This document shows positions 38,914 through 48,096 of a stretch of 53,925 nucleotides of DNA, piece by piece (the stretch's first letter is position 1; each line of letters begins with the position of its first letter). The notes under the pieces were generated by a model. That model was not told the DNA's origin. It saw only the letters and a program-made list of their open reading frames with translations, and searched no databases. Position numbers and translations under genes: made by a program. Source of the stretch: Deltaproteobacteria bacterium. GTDB lineage: Bacteria > Desulfobacterota > Desulfobacteria > Desulfobacterales > C00003060. Location of the stretch: assembly GCA_030592345.1 (NCBI GenBank), contig JAUVJO010000001.1:1-53925 (forward strand). The letters are read 5' to 3'.

Positions 38914-39854
38914 AAATTTTGATCACAGGCGGAGCAGGCTTTATTGGATCCCATCTTGCTGACAGACTTCTTCAGCGTGGAGATGAGGTTCTGGTGGTTG
39001 ATAATTATTCGACTGGTCGAAAAGATAATTTGTCACCCCATCCAAAACTGAAGGTTGTCGAGGGGACCATTGCTGATAGCAAGTTGATTTATCGGCTTTT
39101 CGAAGACTTTGGACCCGATTACGTTGTGCACGCTGCAGCCTCTTACAAGGATCCGGGCAACTGGGAGGAAGACGCCCGCACAAATGCTCTTGGGGGGGCT
39201 ATTGTAACACAGGCGTCTTTGAAGTGTGGGGCAAAACGGTTGATCTACTTTCAGACGTCCCTGTGCTATGGCGTCAAACCTTTGGAGCAACCAATTAGCC
39301 TTGATCATCCCATAAGACCTGGTGACAGCAGTTATGCCATAAGCAAAACAGCCGCCGAACAGTATATCGCCCTCAGTGGCATCGATTTTATTTCTTTTCG
39401 CCTTGCCAATGCTTACGGTCCCCGCAATCTGAGCGGCCCGCTGCCCACATTCTATCACCGCCTGACGAATGATCTCAAATGTTTTGTCATGGACACCCGG
39501 CGCGACTTCATCTATGTGCAAGACCTGATTGATATAGTCATGATGGCCTTGGACGGTGAGGGAGAGAGTGGATACTATCATGTATCTTCCGGAAGAGACT
39601 TCGCCATCAAGGAGCTTTTTGATAAGACCGTTGAAGCCCTAGGGGTTACGCTCGATGAAGAGGTCAAGGTTCGTGAACGCAACCCGGACGATGCCTATAC
39701 AATATTGCTGGATCCCTCAAAGACGACCCGGGACTTTGGATGGAGCCCAAGGACGCAACTGTCTGATGGGATTAAGTTAGGTATTGAATGGTACAGGGCC
39801 CATGGGATCAGTCAAACGTATACACATTTGAAGGACATTGGGGATAAAAAATGA
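38910..39854 (+). CDS. NAD-dependent epimerase/dehydratase (extended SDR)
   Basis: [21 protein letters not shown] and YAISK (YxxxK) are present. ATGA overlap with the AsnB-like gene. Confidence 0.85.
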   Translation: [314 protein letters not shown]

Positions 39855-40897
39855 ACCGTGATTGGAGCGAGGCAAGAGTGCTCATAGTAGGAGGAGCAGG
39901 ATTTGTTGGAAGCAATTTGACGAGAAGACTTCTGGATACTCAAGTCAAAGAAGTCCTTATTATCGACAATCTGCTGTCTTCGGAACAGGAAAATATTCCG
40001 GAAAGCGACAGAGTGGTTTTCTTGGAGGGGTCGATTGCAGACGACAGAGTGCTGAAAAAGGTCAATGATGATTTTGATTACTTCTTCCACTTGGCCACCT
40101 ATCATGGCAACCAGAGTTCCATACACGATCCTTTAGCAGACCATGAAAACAACACTTTGACCACTCTTAAGCTGTGCGAGCGGATAAGAGCTTTCAAAAA
40201 AACCAAGAAGGTAGTCTACTCTTCGGCAGGATGCACCATGGCAGAAAAAACTTATGCCACTGCTCATGCTACAACTGAAGACGCTCCAGTATCTCTCTAT
40301 CTGGATAGCCCTTATCAGATTTCTAAGATCATCGGTGAGTTTTACTCGAACTACTATTACAAGCACTATGATCTACCCGTGGTCAAGGCACGCTTCCAAA
40401 ATGTTTATGGCCCTGGCGAGATTTTGGGTGCAGGAAAATGGCGAGGTACGCCAGCAACGGTTTGGCGCAACGTTACGCCAACATTCATTTACCGTGCTAT
40501 CAAGCAAATGCCGCTGATTGTAGAAAATGGTGGAATCGCTACCCGCGATTTTATCTTCGTGGACGATGTTGTGCGAGGATTAATGCTGTGTGCTATATCA
40601 GGTGCGCCGGGTGAGGTCTATAATATAGCAAGTGGTGCTGAAGTCTCCATTTTGGAATTAGCTACACTCATCAACAAGATGACTGATAACGCAGTGCCCA
40701 TCAATCTAGGGCCAAAAAGGCAATGGGATCATTCTGGCAAACGTTTCGGCAGCACAGAAAAATCGAAAAAGGAGATTGGATTTGAGGCGCTAATGAGTCT
40801 TCAAAAAGGGCTAGAAATGACAATCGACTGGACGCGGAACAATTTGTCTCTAATTGAAAGCTGTATCAGGAAACATGCGTCCCATATGCCTCATTAA
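39851..40897 (+). CDS. NAD-dependent epimerase/dehydratase (extended SDR)
   Basis: RVLIVGGAGFVGSNLTRRLL and YQISK (YxxxK) are present. ATGA overlap with the upstream SDR gene. Confidence 0.85.
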   Translation: MNRDWSEARVLIVGGAGFVGSNLTRRLLDTQVKEVLIIDNLLSSEQENIPESDRVVFLEGSIADDRVLKKVNDDFDYFFHLATYHGNQSSIHDPLADHENNTLTTLKLCERIRAFKKTKKVVYSSAGCTMAEKTYATAHATTEDAPVSLYLDSPYQISKIIGEFYSNYYYKHYDLPVVKARFQNVYGPGEILGAGKWRGTPATVWRNVTPTFIYRAIKQMPLIVENGGIATRDFIFVDDVVRGLMLCAISGAPGEVYNIASGAEVSILELATLINKMTDNAVPINLGPKRQWDHSGKRFGSTEKSKKEIGFEALMSLQKGLEMTIDWTRNNLSLIESCIRKHASHMPH

Positions 40898-40919
40898 GTT
40901 GTGGAAATCCCGAAACCCT

Positions 40920-41366
40920 ATGCCGACACATAAAGATATTCTGGAGAACCTGAAGTCTTTGTTTAAAGTCTCTGCTGTCCATTATGGTATTGACATGGCC
41001 TTTCTTTATGGATCGTGGGCTGGCGGTAATCCCCGAGAGGATTCAGACGTGGATGTGGCCGTGTGGTTTCACTCTGATGCCATTAGTAGGGACGAAGTCT
41101 TCGATAGGATCACTGACCTTTCAATAGAGATCTCACGTCTTCTTGGAAAAGAGGTTAATCTTCTTGTACTAACTCGTGATTTTGAACATCCCATGCTCCA
41201 GTACAATGCCATCGTTCTGGGAATACCCGTTTTTATAAGAGAATTTGATCGATACGCATCCTTAAAAATGGAAGCGATCTTTCAGATGGAAGATTTCGGT
41301 ATTTTTGGTCGCAGGTGGCAATTGGAGGTGGGTGAGAGAAGGCTACAGGGGGCATTTCATGGTTGA
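40920..41366 (+). CDS. minimal nucleotidyltransferase (MNT-type antitoxin)
   Basis: LYGSWAGGNPREDSDVDVAV is the GS...DxD NTase motif. 148 aa from ATG 40920. The track start is 40854. Confidence 0.7.
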   Translation: MPTHKDILENLKSLFKVSAVHYGIDMAFLYGSWAGGNPREDSDVDVAVWFHSDAISRDEVFDRITDLSIEISRLLGKEVNLLVLTRDFEHPMLQYNAIVLGIPVFIREFDRYASLKMEAIFQMEDFGIFGRRWQLEVGERRLQGAFHG

Positions 41367-41511
41367 TTTCCAGTATGCAAAGGGGAGGATTGAAGAATCC
41401 GTGGCTTTTATCACAAAGGAGATGGAGGAGTTTGAAAAGGACGGCCTGAGTGGATTATCCACAGGGACACATGGTGCGATTGGCTATCAAAAAATTGACG
41501 CAGACGGCTAG
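41359..41511 (+). pseudogene. truncated HEPN/DUF86-like partner of the MNT gene (51 codons)
   Basis: The ATG overlaps the MNT stop by 8 nt, a typical MNT-HEPN arrangement. The ORF stops after 51 codons with no RxxxxH motif. It ends where the convergent AsnB gene ends. Confidence 0.4.
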
Positions 41512-43532
41512 CTGACTGAACCGAAAAATACCCGTTGCCACATTTCCAGATTTACTATCCGCCACAGGCCCGGAATATTGGCAACGTCATTAGCTGATAA
41601 ACTCCTGAGCTGCTGGATAACTTTTTCACCCAAGTAAGGCGAGCTCAGTATGTCATCATGATTGAAAAGTTGGGCTATTGAGCTTGCTCCTTCTTTTAGC
41701 CACTGTTGCTCGGGCGTGGCAAAACCCAATTTGCTGCGCCTCCACCTGACTTGTTCGGGCAAAAAGCCGTCCATTGCCTGCCGCAGTAACCACTTGGTCC
41801 AGCCATGATGGATAAGCTGTGAAACCGGTAGAGAGAAACAGAACTCGACGAGCCTGTAATCCAGAAACGGTACACGTGCCTCCAGAGAAAAGGCCATCGA
41901 GCTTCGGTCCTCGTAGCGCAAAAGTGCAGGCAGACTATATACGAATAGATCCTGGTGTAATCGCTCCGCCAAGTTGTCATAGCCTTTATGTTTGCCCTGA
42001 CCAGTGCGGCGTTCTGCAAATTGCCTCTCGAAAGATGGGTTGAGCATGTAGGCAGAAACCGTTGGGTTGGTCCGGAATCGGGCATTGCCAAGATTCATCA
42101 TCACTCGTTGTATTGGTCCTGGCAGGATATTATAAAGCCCCAGAGCCAGCAGAAAGGCCATTGAGTTGCCTGTCCCCGCCGACAACTCCCGGACCGTTTT
42201 TAGCGTTGCCCACGGGCCTCGCGTGCGCACGGTCTGTGCCAGGTAGGGCCCAATGTAAAGATGATATCCGGCTAATAGCTCATCCCCACCCTGTCCATCT
42301 AACAGAACCGTGACATCGTGCTGCCGGGCCAGGCGCATTACACTCCACTGAGAATAGATACTGGTGGAGCCAAAAGGTTCCTCCTGGTGCCAGACGAGCT
42401 GTTCCAGGTCATCCCAAAGCCCATCTGCCCCTCGCGGAAATATCCGGTTAGACTCAGCGCCTGTGTACTCGATGACCTGCTGAATATAGGAACGCTCATC
42501 AATGCCTGGATTATCAAAACAGGCGCTGAACGTCTTTTGCCGGTCACCAACCAGTTCGCGCGGCACGGCCCTTTCTTCCAAAAGCAGATAGTTGGCCGCA
42601 GAGACGATGCTGGATGAATCCAGGCCGCCACTCAGGCATGTTCCAATAGGTACATCGCTTCGTAACCGTAAGCGTACTGCATCGATCAGTAGCTCACGGA
42701 ATTGGGCTGCAAGGTCTCGATGATTGTTCTTGGACCCATGTCCATTCAACGAAGCGTCAACTTGAATATCCCACCAGCGTCGGATTTCCAGACTGCTCCG
42801 CCTCAAATCAACAGCAAGGTAGTGGGAAGGGGGCAAGCACTTGATTCTTTCAAAAAAGGTTTCGTCCGTATGACCCAGCGAGCCAAGGGCCAGGTTGTCA
42901 TAGATGATAGCGTCGTTAGGGCGACTGGGAATGGCCGGGTGTGCCAGCAAAGCCTTGATCTCCGAGGCAAAGGCGAAGAGTCGGCCATCCCAATAGTAGT
43001 AAAGCGGCTTGATGCCAAAGCGGTCACGGGCACACAAAAGCCTGTGTTGCCGCTGATCCCAGATGGCAAAGGCCCACATGCCGTTAAAATGACGCAGGCA
43101 GTCGAGCCCCCACTCGGCGTAGGCTGCCAGGATCACTTCGGTATCAGTGCCGGTGCGAAAGGAATAACCTTTTGCTTTCAGCTTTTCACGCAATTCCAGG
43201 TAGTTGTAAACTTCGCCGTTATGGGTGATCCATAGATGGCCATCTAAATAGCTCGTGGGCCCGTGCCCGGCAGCCGAGAGATCCAGAATCGACAGACGAC
43301 GATGCCCCAAGGCGAGATTATATGGTTTGCCCTTGAATTTGGTCAGCGAAGGCAAACCAAGTGCACGAATTGTGTCTTCACCGCCACAGGCGACCCAATC
43401 ACCGGCCAGCATGTCAGCCAAGAGATATCCCTCATCATCCGGACCTCTATGGCACATTAACGATGTCATCTGACCAATGCAACGGCCAGCTTTATGTTCT
43501 GCGAAGTCGACAACACCAACTATCCCGCACAT
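41508..43532 (-). CDS. AsnB-family glutamine-dependent amidotransferase, paralogue 4 (674 aa, long class)
   Basis: MCGIVGVV, HRGPDDEG, HRRLSILDLSAAGHGPT (G where the other four have Q), HNGEVYNY, TDTEV, the PP-loop LSGGLDSSSIV and LRYEDRSSMAFSLEARVPFLD are present. Confidence 0.9.
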   Translation of the reverse strand: MCGIVGVVDFAEHKAGRCIGQMTSLMCHRGPDDEGYLLADMLAGDWVACGGEDTIRALGLPSLTKFKGKPYNLALGHRRLSILDLSAAGHGPTSYLDGHLWITHNGEVYNYLELREKLKAKGYSFRTGTDTEVILAAYAEWGLDCLRHFNGMWAFAIWDQRQHRLLCARDRFGIKPLYYYWDGRLFAFASEIKALLAHPAIPSRPNDAIIYDNLALGSLGHTDETFFERIKCLPPSHYLAVDLRRSSLEIRRWWDIQVDASLNGHGSKNNHRDLAAQFRELLIDAVRLRLRSDVPIGTCLSGGLDSSSIVSAANYLLLEERAVPRELVGDRQKTFSACFDNPGIDERSYIQQVIEYTGAESNRIFPRGADGLWDDLEQLVWHQEEPFGSTSIYSQWSVMRLARQHDVTVLLDGQGGDELLAGYHLYIGPYLAQTVRTRGPWATLKTVRELSAGTGNSMAFLLALGLYNILPGPIQRVMMNLGNARFRTNPTVSAYMLNPSFERQFAERRTGQGKHKGYDNLAERLHQDLFVYSLPALLRYEDRSSMAFSLEARVPFLDYRLVEFCFSLPVSQLIHHGWTKWLLRQAMDGFLPEQVRWRRSKLGFATPEQQWLKEGASSIAQLFNHDDILSSPYLGEKVIQQLRSLSANDVANIPGLWRIVNLEMWQRVFFGSVS

Positions 43533-43566
43533 GAGTCAGTTTCCGGAAGTTGTATTCTCAGTGGGT

Positions 43567-45621
43567 TTATGACACTCCCCCGTATTGCCCCAACCGCAAC
43601 CAGGTTTCCAGATTGACCCACCGCCAACGCCGCCGTGCCTCATCTACAAACGGCACATCCAATCCCAATTTTGATTGCACCACATTAGCATCCAGATACT
43701 TCCCCACCGCCGATTCACTCGTAAAGCGATCCCTCATTACAGAACCAACCTTAGAGAGCAAATCCTGCTCTGGCATCTCAAAACCAACTTTGTCCTTTCG
43801 CCAGGCAATCGCAGGTGGTAAGACGTCTGCCATTGCTTTACGCAACACCCACTTTGTCCATCCGGCATGGATACGCCAGGGTGCAGCAGAACCAAAGGTA
43901 TAATCCACCAGGCGATAGTCAAGAAAAGGAACGCGCGTCTCAATCGAAAAAGCCATGGAGTTGCGGTCTTCATATCGCAGGAGGTATGGCAGGCTACTAT
44001 CAAAGATAGCGTGGTAGGCAAAATCACTCATGCTTCGATCTGTTAATACAATGGCCCGATGATAAAAACGATCTTTGTATGCATGGACAAAGGAAGGGTT
44101 TAAGCAAGTTTGAGTTGTCTCTCCTTTTCGTACTGAAAAAGCGCGTTGAAGCGGAGCAAATATCCTTAGCGGTTGTCTAAAGGTACGTTGAAGTGGAATC
44201 AGTATTTTCGATGGTAATTGCAACATGATTGACAAGATTGATAAGCACAACATCGACCACGCAGAAAGCTCGGTGGCAATCCTGATATCTTTTGCATCCA
44301 ACAAAGCCTGGCGGAATTGTCCTTCTCTGATTTTCTCGGCAAGGTAGACCCCAAAAGGACGATAGCCGGCTAATATCTCGTCTGCCCCTTGTCCGTCTAG
44401 CAACACAGTCACACCACGTTCACTGGCCAGGTGCATAACACACCATTGGGCAAAGATGCTGACTCCTGGGAATGGTTCATCCTGGTGCCAGATCAGACGC
44501 TCAAGGTCCGTCAACAACCGTTCGGCTGTTGGAAACGTAAAACTGGCATGTACACCGGTATGCGCCGCCATGACCTCGATATGCTGGCGCTCATTGAACG
44601 TGCCATCGGCGTGATAGACAGCACTGAAGGTCTCTTGATGCTTGCCAGGGCGCGCTGCCGAGATTCCGTGCTCATGCTGCATCATCCGGTTAACAACCCC
44701 GACGATTGAAGAGGAATCAAGCCCGCCCGACAGGCAGGTGCCAATAGGAACGTCGGCACGTAAGCGAAGGCGTACAACGTCAGTGAAGAGTGCGCCAAAC
44801 TCTTCTACAACCCGGGTTGGCTCTAAATTACCTGACTCTCCACTTGGCTGAATATCCCAATACCGTTGGAGGGTTCGGCCATGGTTGGTTACGGTCAGAT
44901 AATGACTTGCAGGCATCCCTTTTACCCCGCTATAAAAAGTGGTGCCCATCTGCGGGCTTGGCAAAACGCCCATTGCCAGATAGTCAAACACAACTTCGTC
45001 GTTGGGCTGAAATGGGATACCGTGCGGGCCGACCAACGCTTTTATCTCAGAGGCAAAACAGAATCGCGAATTACCATCAACGTAGTAGAGAGGTTTGATG
45101 CCAAAACGATCCCTTGCCAGAAACAGTTTCCTGGCTTCTACTTGCCAAATGGCAAATGCCCACATCCCATTCAGATGGGACAAGCAGTCCTGGCCCCACT
45201 TCTGATATGCAGCCAGGATAACCTCTGTGTCAGTGCCGGTATGGAATCTAAAACCGTAGCCGGTTAATTCGGCGCGTAATTCCAGGTAGTTATAAACTTC
45301 GCCATTGTGGATAATCCAGAAACGCCTATCGGTGCTAGCCATAGGCTGATGACCTGCAGTGGAAAGGTCCAGAATCGCCAAGCGACGAAAGCCCAGCACA
45401 AAATCAAAGTGTTCACCAAAGAATTGGCCGATGTTGGGTAAACCAAGTTGCGGATTGGTGTCCTTACCGCCACAATGCACCGTCTTCCCGCTCTGCGTAT
45501 TGATAAGCAGATAGCCTTCATCGTCTGGGCCACGATGACGCAAAATCGTGGTCGCCGCTTGGACGGCCGAAAGGTCGACCGGTTTGCCATCAAGATGCCA
45601 GATGCCGTAGATACCACACAT
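43567..45621 (-). CDS. AsnB-family glutamine-dependent amidotransferase, paralogue 5 (684 aa, long class)
   Basis: MCGIYGIW, HRGPDDEG, FRRLAILDLSTAGHQPM, HNGEVYNY, TDTEV, the PP-loop LSGGLDSSSIV and LRYEDRNSMAFSIETRVPFLD are present. The start shares one nt with the upstream stop (TAATG). Confidence 0.9.
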   Translation of the reverse strand: MCGIYGIWHLDGKPVDLSAVQAATTILRHRGPDDEGYLLINTQSGKTVHCGGKDTNPQLGLPNIGQFFGEHFDFVLGFRRLAILDLSTAGHQPMASTDRRFWIIHNGEVYNYLELRAELTGYGFRFHTGTDTEVILAAYQKWGQDCLSHLNGMWAFAIWQVEARKLFLARDRFGIKPLYYVDGNSRFCFASEIKALVGPHGIPFQPNDEVVFDYLAMGVLPSPQMGTTFYSGVKGMPASHYLTVTNHGRTLQRYWDIQPSGESGNLEPTRVVEEFGALFTDVVRLRLRADVPIGTCLSGGLDSSSIVGVVNRMMQHEHGISAARPGKHQETFSAVYHADGTFNERQHIEVMAAHTGVHASFTFPTAERLLTDLERLIWHQDEPFPGVSIFAQWCVMHLASERGVTVLLDGQGADEILAGYRPFGVYLAEKIREGQFRQALLDAKDIRIATELSAWSMLCLSILSIMLQLPSKILIPLQRTFRQPLRIFAPLQRAFSVRKGETTQTCLNPSFVHAYKDRFYHRAIVLTDRSMSDFAYHAIFDSSLPYLLRYEDRNSMAFSIETRVPFLDYRLVDYTFGSAAPWRIHAGWTKWVLRKAMADVLPPAIAWRKDKVGFEMPEQDLLSKVGSVMRDRFTSESAVGKYLDANVVQSKLGLDVPFVDEARRRWRWVNLETWLRLGQYGGVS

Positions 45622-46799
45622 TAGGCTGTACTACCTTGCTGCTTTGACGCCATGATGGATTCATACGCCGACTTCAGGCGGGCTGCAATTTTCGCCTGGT
45701 CGTGCCACCTTTCCATATAGCTGCGACCACGCTGACCAAGCTTGGGCAATTCATTACGACGCGTTGTCAGCCATTCCTTCAGCACTGCGTATATTGTGTC
45801 AGGGGTCGCATTGATCACCGGCAAACTCAACCGCATCTGCTCCGGGATGAACTTCAGATCATCGTCTCGTAGATAGCAAATAACCGGCTTACCCAGGGCC
45901 ATGAACTCGACCGCCAAGCCACCATACCAACCGACCAGAAGTTGGTCAACCAACAAGTCTGCTCGATCATATATTCGCTTGGCCTCTTCGTGAGACGTCC
46001 CCTCTACCAGGATGAACTCAAAGTCCAGCCGGTCTTGCTCCTGCAAACGTTTCACCGCCTCCAGTACGTACTGCGTCCCCTTGACTCTGCGATGGCTCGG
46101 GGCGTGCAACACCGTGAGTCGTTCTGATAGCTCCTTCTTCGTCGTTGCAGGAATCCATTCGCGAGGATTTCTGCTGACAGGGAAAAACTCGGCCCTTTCG
46201 GGCAAAACACGCAGCAGGTCCGGACCGGTCGCGTAGATTCGGTCAGCATAACGGGCGAATCTTTCTATATCTCTTCGCTTGTGCGCATCCGAATCTGCTG
46301 AATAGTAAAATGGCTCTACTTCATTTGCGTGGGTAATCTGAAAATTGGCTCGACAAAAATCCCCCTGGCGTGCATCATCTCCCTGATAGGTTACGACAAT
46401 GCCTTTACCTGCTCGCTTCAGCAACGACAGATCACGCATATGTAAACATCGCGCATACACATTGTAGGCCCGGTAGTAAAACCACGGATACTCAAGTCCG
46501 GAGCTGATCATAGACTGACTAAGATTAGGATAATACGCCGGCATAATCGTCTGACCGAAATTGAAATGCACGATGTCAAAGCTACGTATCGCTCGCCCCA
46601 GCAAACGCCAACGCCTGAACTCGCCGTAATACCAAGGAGCACCCGGCCGGAACAGTAATTCGTCGGTCGCGTACTTGAGGTAGGTCTGCTTAAGGGCAAC
46701 CGAGATGCTCTCTAACCCCAGTTCACGCTCGCAATGCGCCAGGCGTTGGGGATTTGCGCCTACGTTTTTAGGACAGTGTAAAACACGAATCGCGCTCAT
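45621..46799 (-). CDS. GT-B fold glycosyltransferase
   Basis: VLHAPSHRRVKGTQYVLEAVKRLQEQ...ILVEGTSHEEAKRIYDRADLLVDQLLVGWYGGLAVEFMALGKPVI is a donor-domain pattern. Confidence 0.6.
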   Translation of the reverse strand: MSAIRVLHCPKNVGANPQRLAHCERELGLESISVALKQTYLKYATDELLFRPGAPWYYGEFRRWRLLGRAIRSFDIVHFNFGQTIMPAYYPNLSQSMISSGLEYPWFYYRAYNVYARCLHMRDLSLLKRAGKGIVVTYQGDDARQGDFCRANFQITHANEVEPFYYSADSDAHKRRDIERFARYADRIYATGPDLLRVLPERAEFFPVSRNPREWIPATTKKELSERLTVLHAPSHRRVKGTQYVLEAVKRLQEQDRLDFEFILVEGTSHEEAKRIYDRADLLVDQLLVGWYGGLAVEFMALGKPVICYLRDDDLKFIPEQMRLSLPVINATPDTIYAVLKEWLTTRRNELPKLGQRGRSYMERWHDQAKIAARLKSAYESIMASKQQGSTA

Positions 46800-46886
46800 C
46801 TTAGCTCATCAATGACAACACATCCTATAGACAAGAGGTGCGCCAGGATTTATCACGTTGAGACTTTTGAGTTTCCTTCTTTCTTG

Positions 46887-47004
46887 TATAGGTTTTCAGA
46901 TAATTATTTTCACAAGGCCAGAGGGAGAAATACGAGTAAGGCATACGTGAGAGTATGTTGTCGAGGATTTCGACCAATAACAAATTTATTTCTGAAAACC
47001 TATA
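46887..47004 (+). repeat. nested-palindrome element, copy A3 (118 bp)
   Basis: Terminal arms are tataggttttcagataattattt / aaatttatttctgaaaacctata. The core is aaggccagagggagaaatacgagtaagg, the hairpin catac-gtgagag-tatg, then gtcgaggatttcgaccaataac. Confidence 0.8.
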
Positions 47005-47059
47005 GCTTGCTGCCGGGAAATTCATTGCTCAAACACCTCACTATTCTCACCACTCATTG

Positions 47060-48094
47060 TCAGGTGGTCGAGTAGTGCTCCAACATATCGCAAACAAAAC
47101 GCGTCACATCAATCTTCTCTGCCAACAGCCTCTCCCTGCGCCCTCCCCATTCAGATTTGGCATCGCCCTGTTCGAGTAGAGACACCGCCTGTTGGAGTGC
47201 GTCAATCGGGCTGTAGTATGAATATACCAATCCGTAACGGTGCATCAACTCCACAAAGTTACCCATGTTAAGCGCAAGCGATGACGAGCGCACCGCAGGC
47301 GTGCCCAGTATACCAGCCTCTGTGGCCATTGTTGCCCCATCACCCATGAAAAGACGAGCGTAATACAGGATATCGTGCATTCTATGAGGCGGGAGATTGA
47401 TACGATAAGGCTCAAATTCCTCAGGCAGGCATGTCTCTGAGGTGATGAAAACTCTTCCATAGCGACTCAATATCTGCAGGATCTTTCGCTTGACTTCGAT
47501 AGAGAAGCCGTATTGGCCTAAGTCATGGCCAGCTTTCCAGGCCACAAAGCGGAGTACGATGAAAGGTTCATCTTTAGAAACACCAAGTTCGTCCAATACG
47601 GTTGGGTCTGGCTGAAAATACTCGGGGTGCAGATACGCAAGTTCATGGTAGCCCGCATAACGAACGTGGAGACTGCCTATATCACGCAAAAAGCAATCAG
47701 GCGTACAGATGATGCTGGCAAAGGGGTAGGTCAAGTATTTATCCAAAGGGACGGGTTCGCTATCTGTAAATACAATCGAAGGTCTTTTCATTAATCGACA
47801 TACAAGGGCGATGAATAGCCCACCAACCTCTGTAACAATGTCAGGCTTAAACTCCCTGATCAGCCGGAGCAATGCCCATTCTCGCTGCAAAAACTCCCTG
47901 GAAAGGCTACAAAGGCCATCTCCCATTGACGACAGAATTCGGTAAGGGAAACCATAGTGATCCAGTAAGCCTAGTGTAACATCTTTATCCCGAGCCGAAA
48001 TCAGGACATCATGACCACACTCCTGCAAGCGCCAGATAACATGCTTGTAGAAATGGACATGCCCCGGATGCCCCACATCAACTAAGACACGCAC
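47060..48094 (-). CDS. DUF354-family protein (GT-B/epimerase-like fold)
   Basis: The N-terminus MRVLVDVGHPGHVHFYKHVIWRLQECGHDVLISARDKDVTLGLL matches the DUF354 signature as I recall it. GTG start. Confidence 0.65.
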   Translation of the reverse strand: MRVLVDVGHPGHVHFYKHVIWRLQECGHDVLISARDKDVTLGLLDHYGFPYRILSSMGDGLCSLSREFLQREWALLRLIREFKPDIVTEVGGLFIALVCRLMKRPSIVFTDSEPVPLDKYLTYPFASIICTPDCFLRDIGSLHVRYAGYHELAYLHPEYFQPDPTVLDELGVSKDEPFIVLRFVAWKAGHDLGQYGFSIEVKRKILQILSRYGRVFITSETCLPEEFEPYRINLPPHRMHDILYYARLFMGDGATMATEAGILGTPAVRSSSLALNMGNFVELMHRYGLVYSYYSPIDALQQAVSLLEQGDAKSEWGGRRERLLAEKIDVTRFVCDMLEHYSTT

Positions 48095-48096
48095 GA

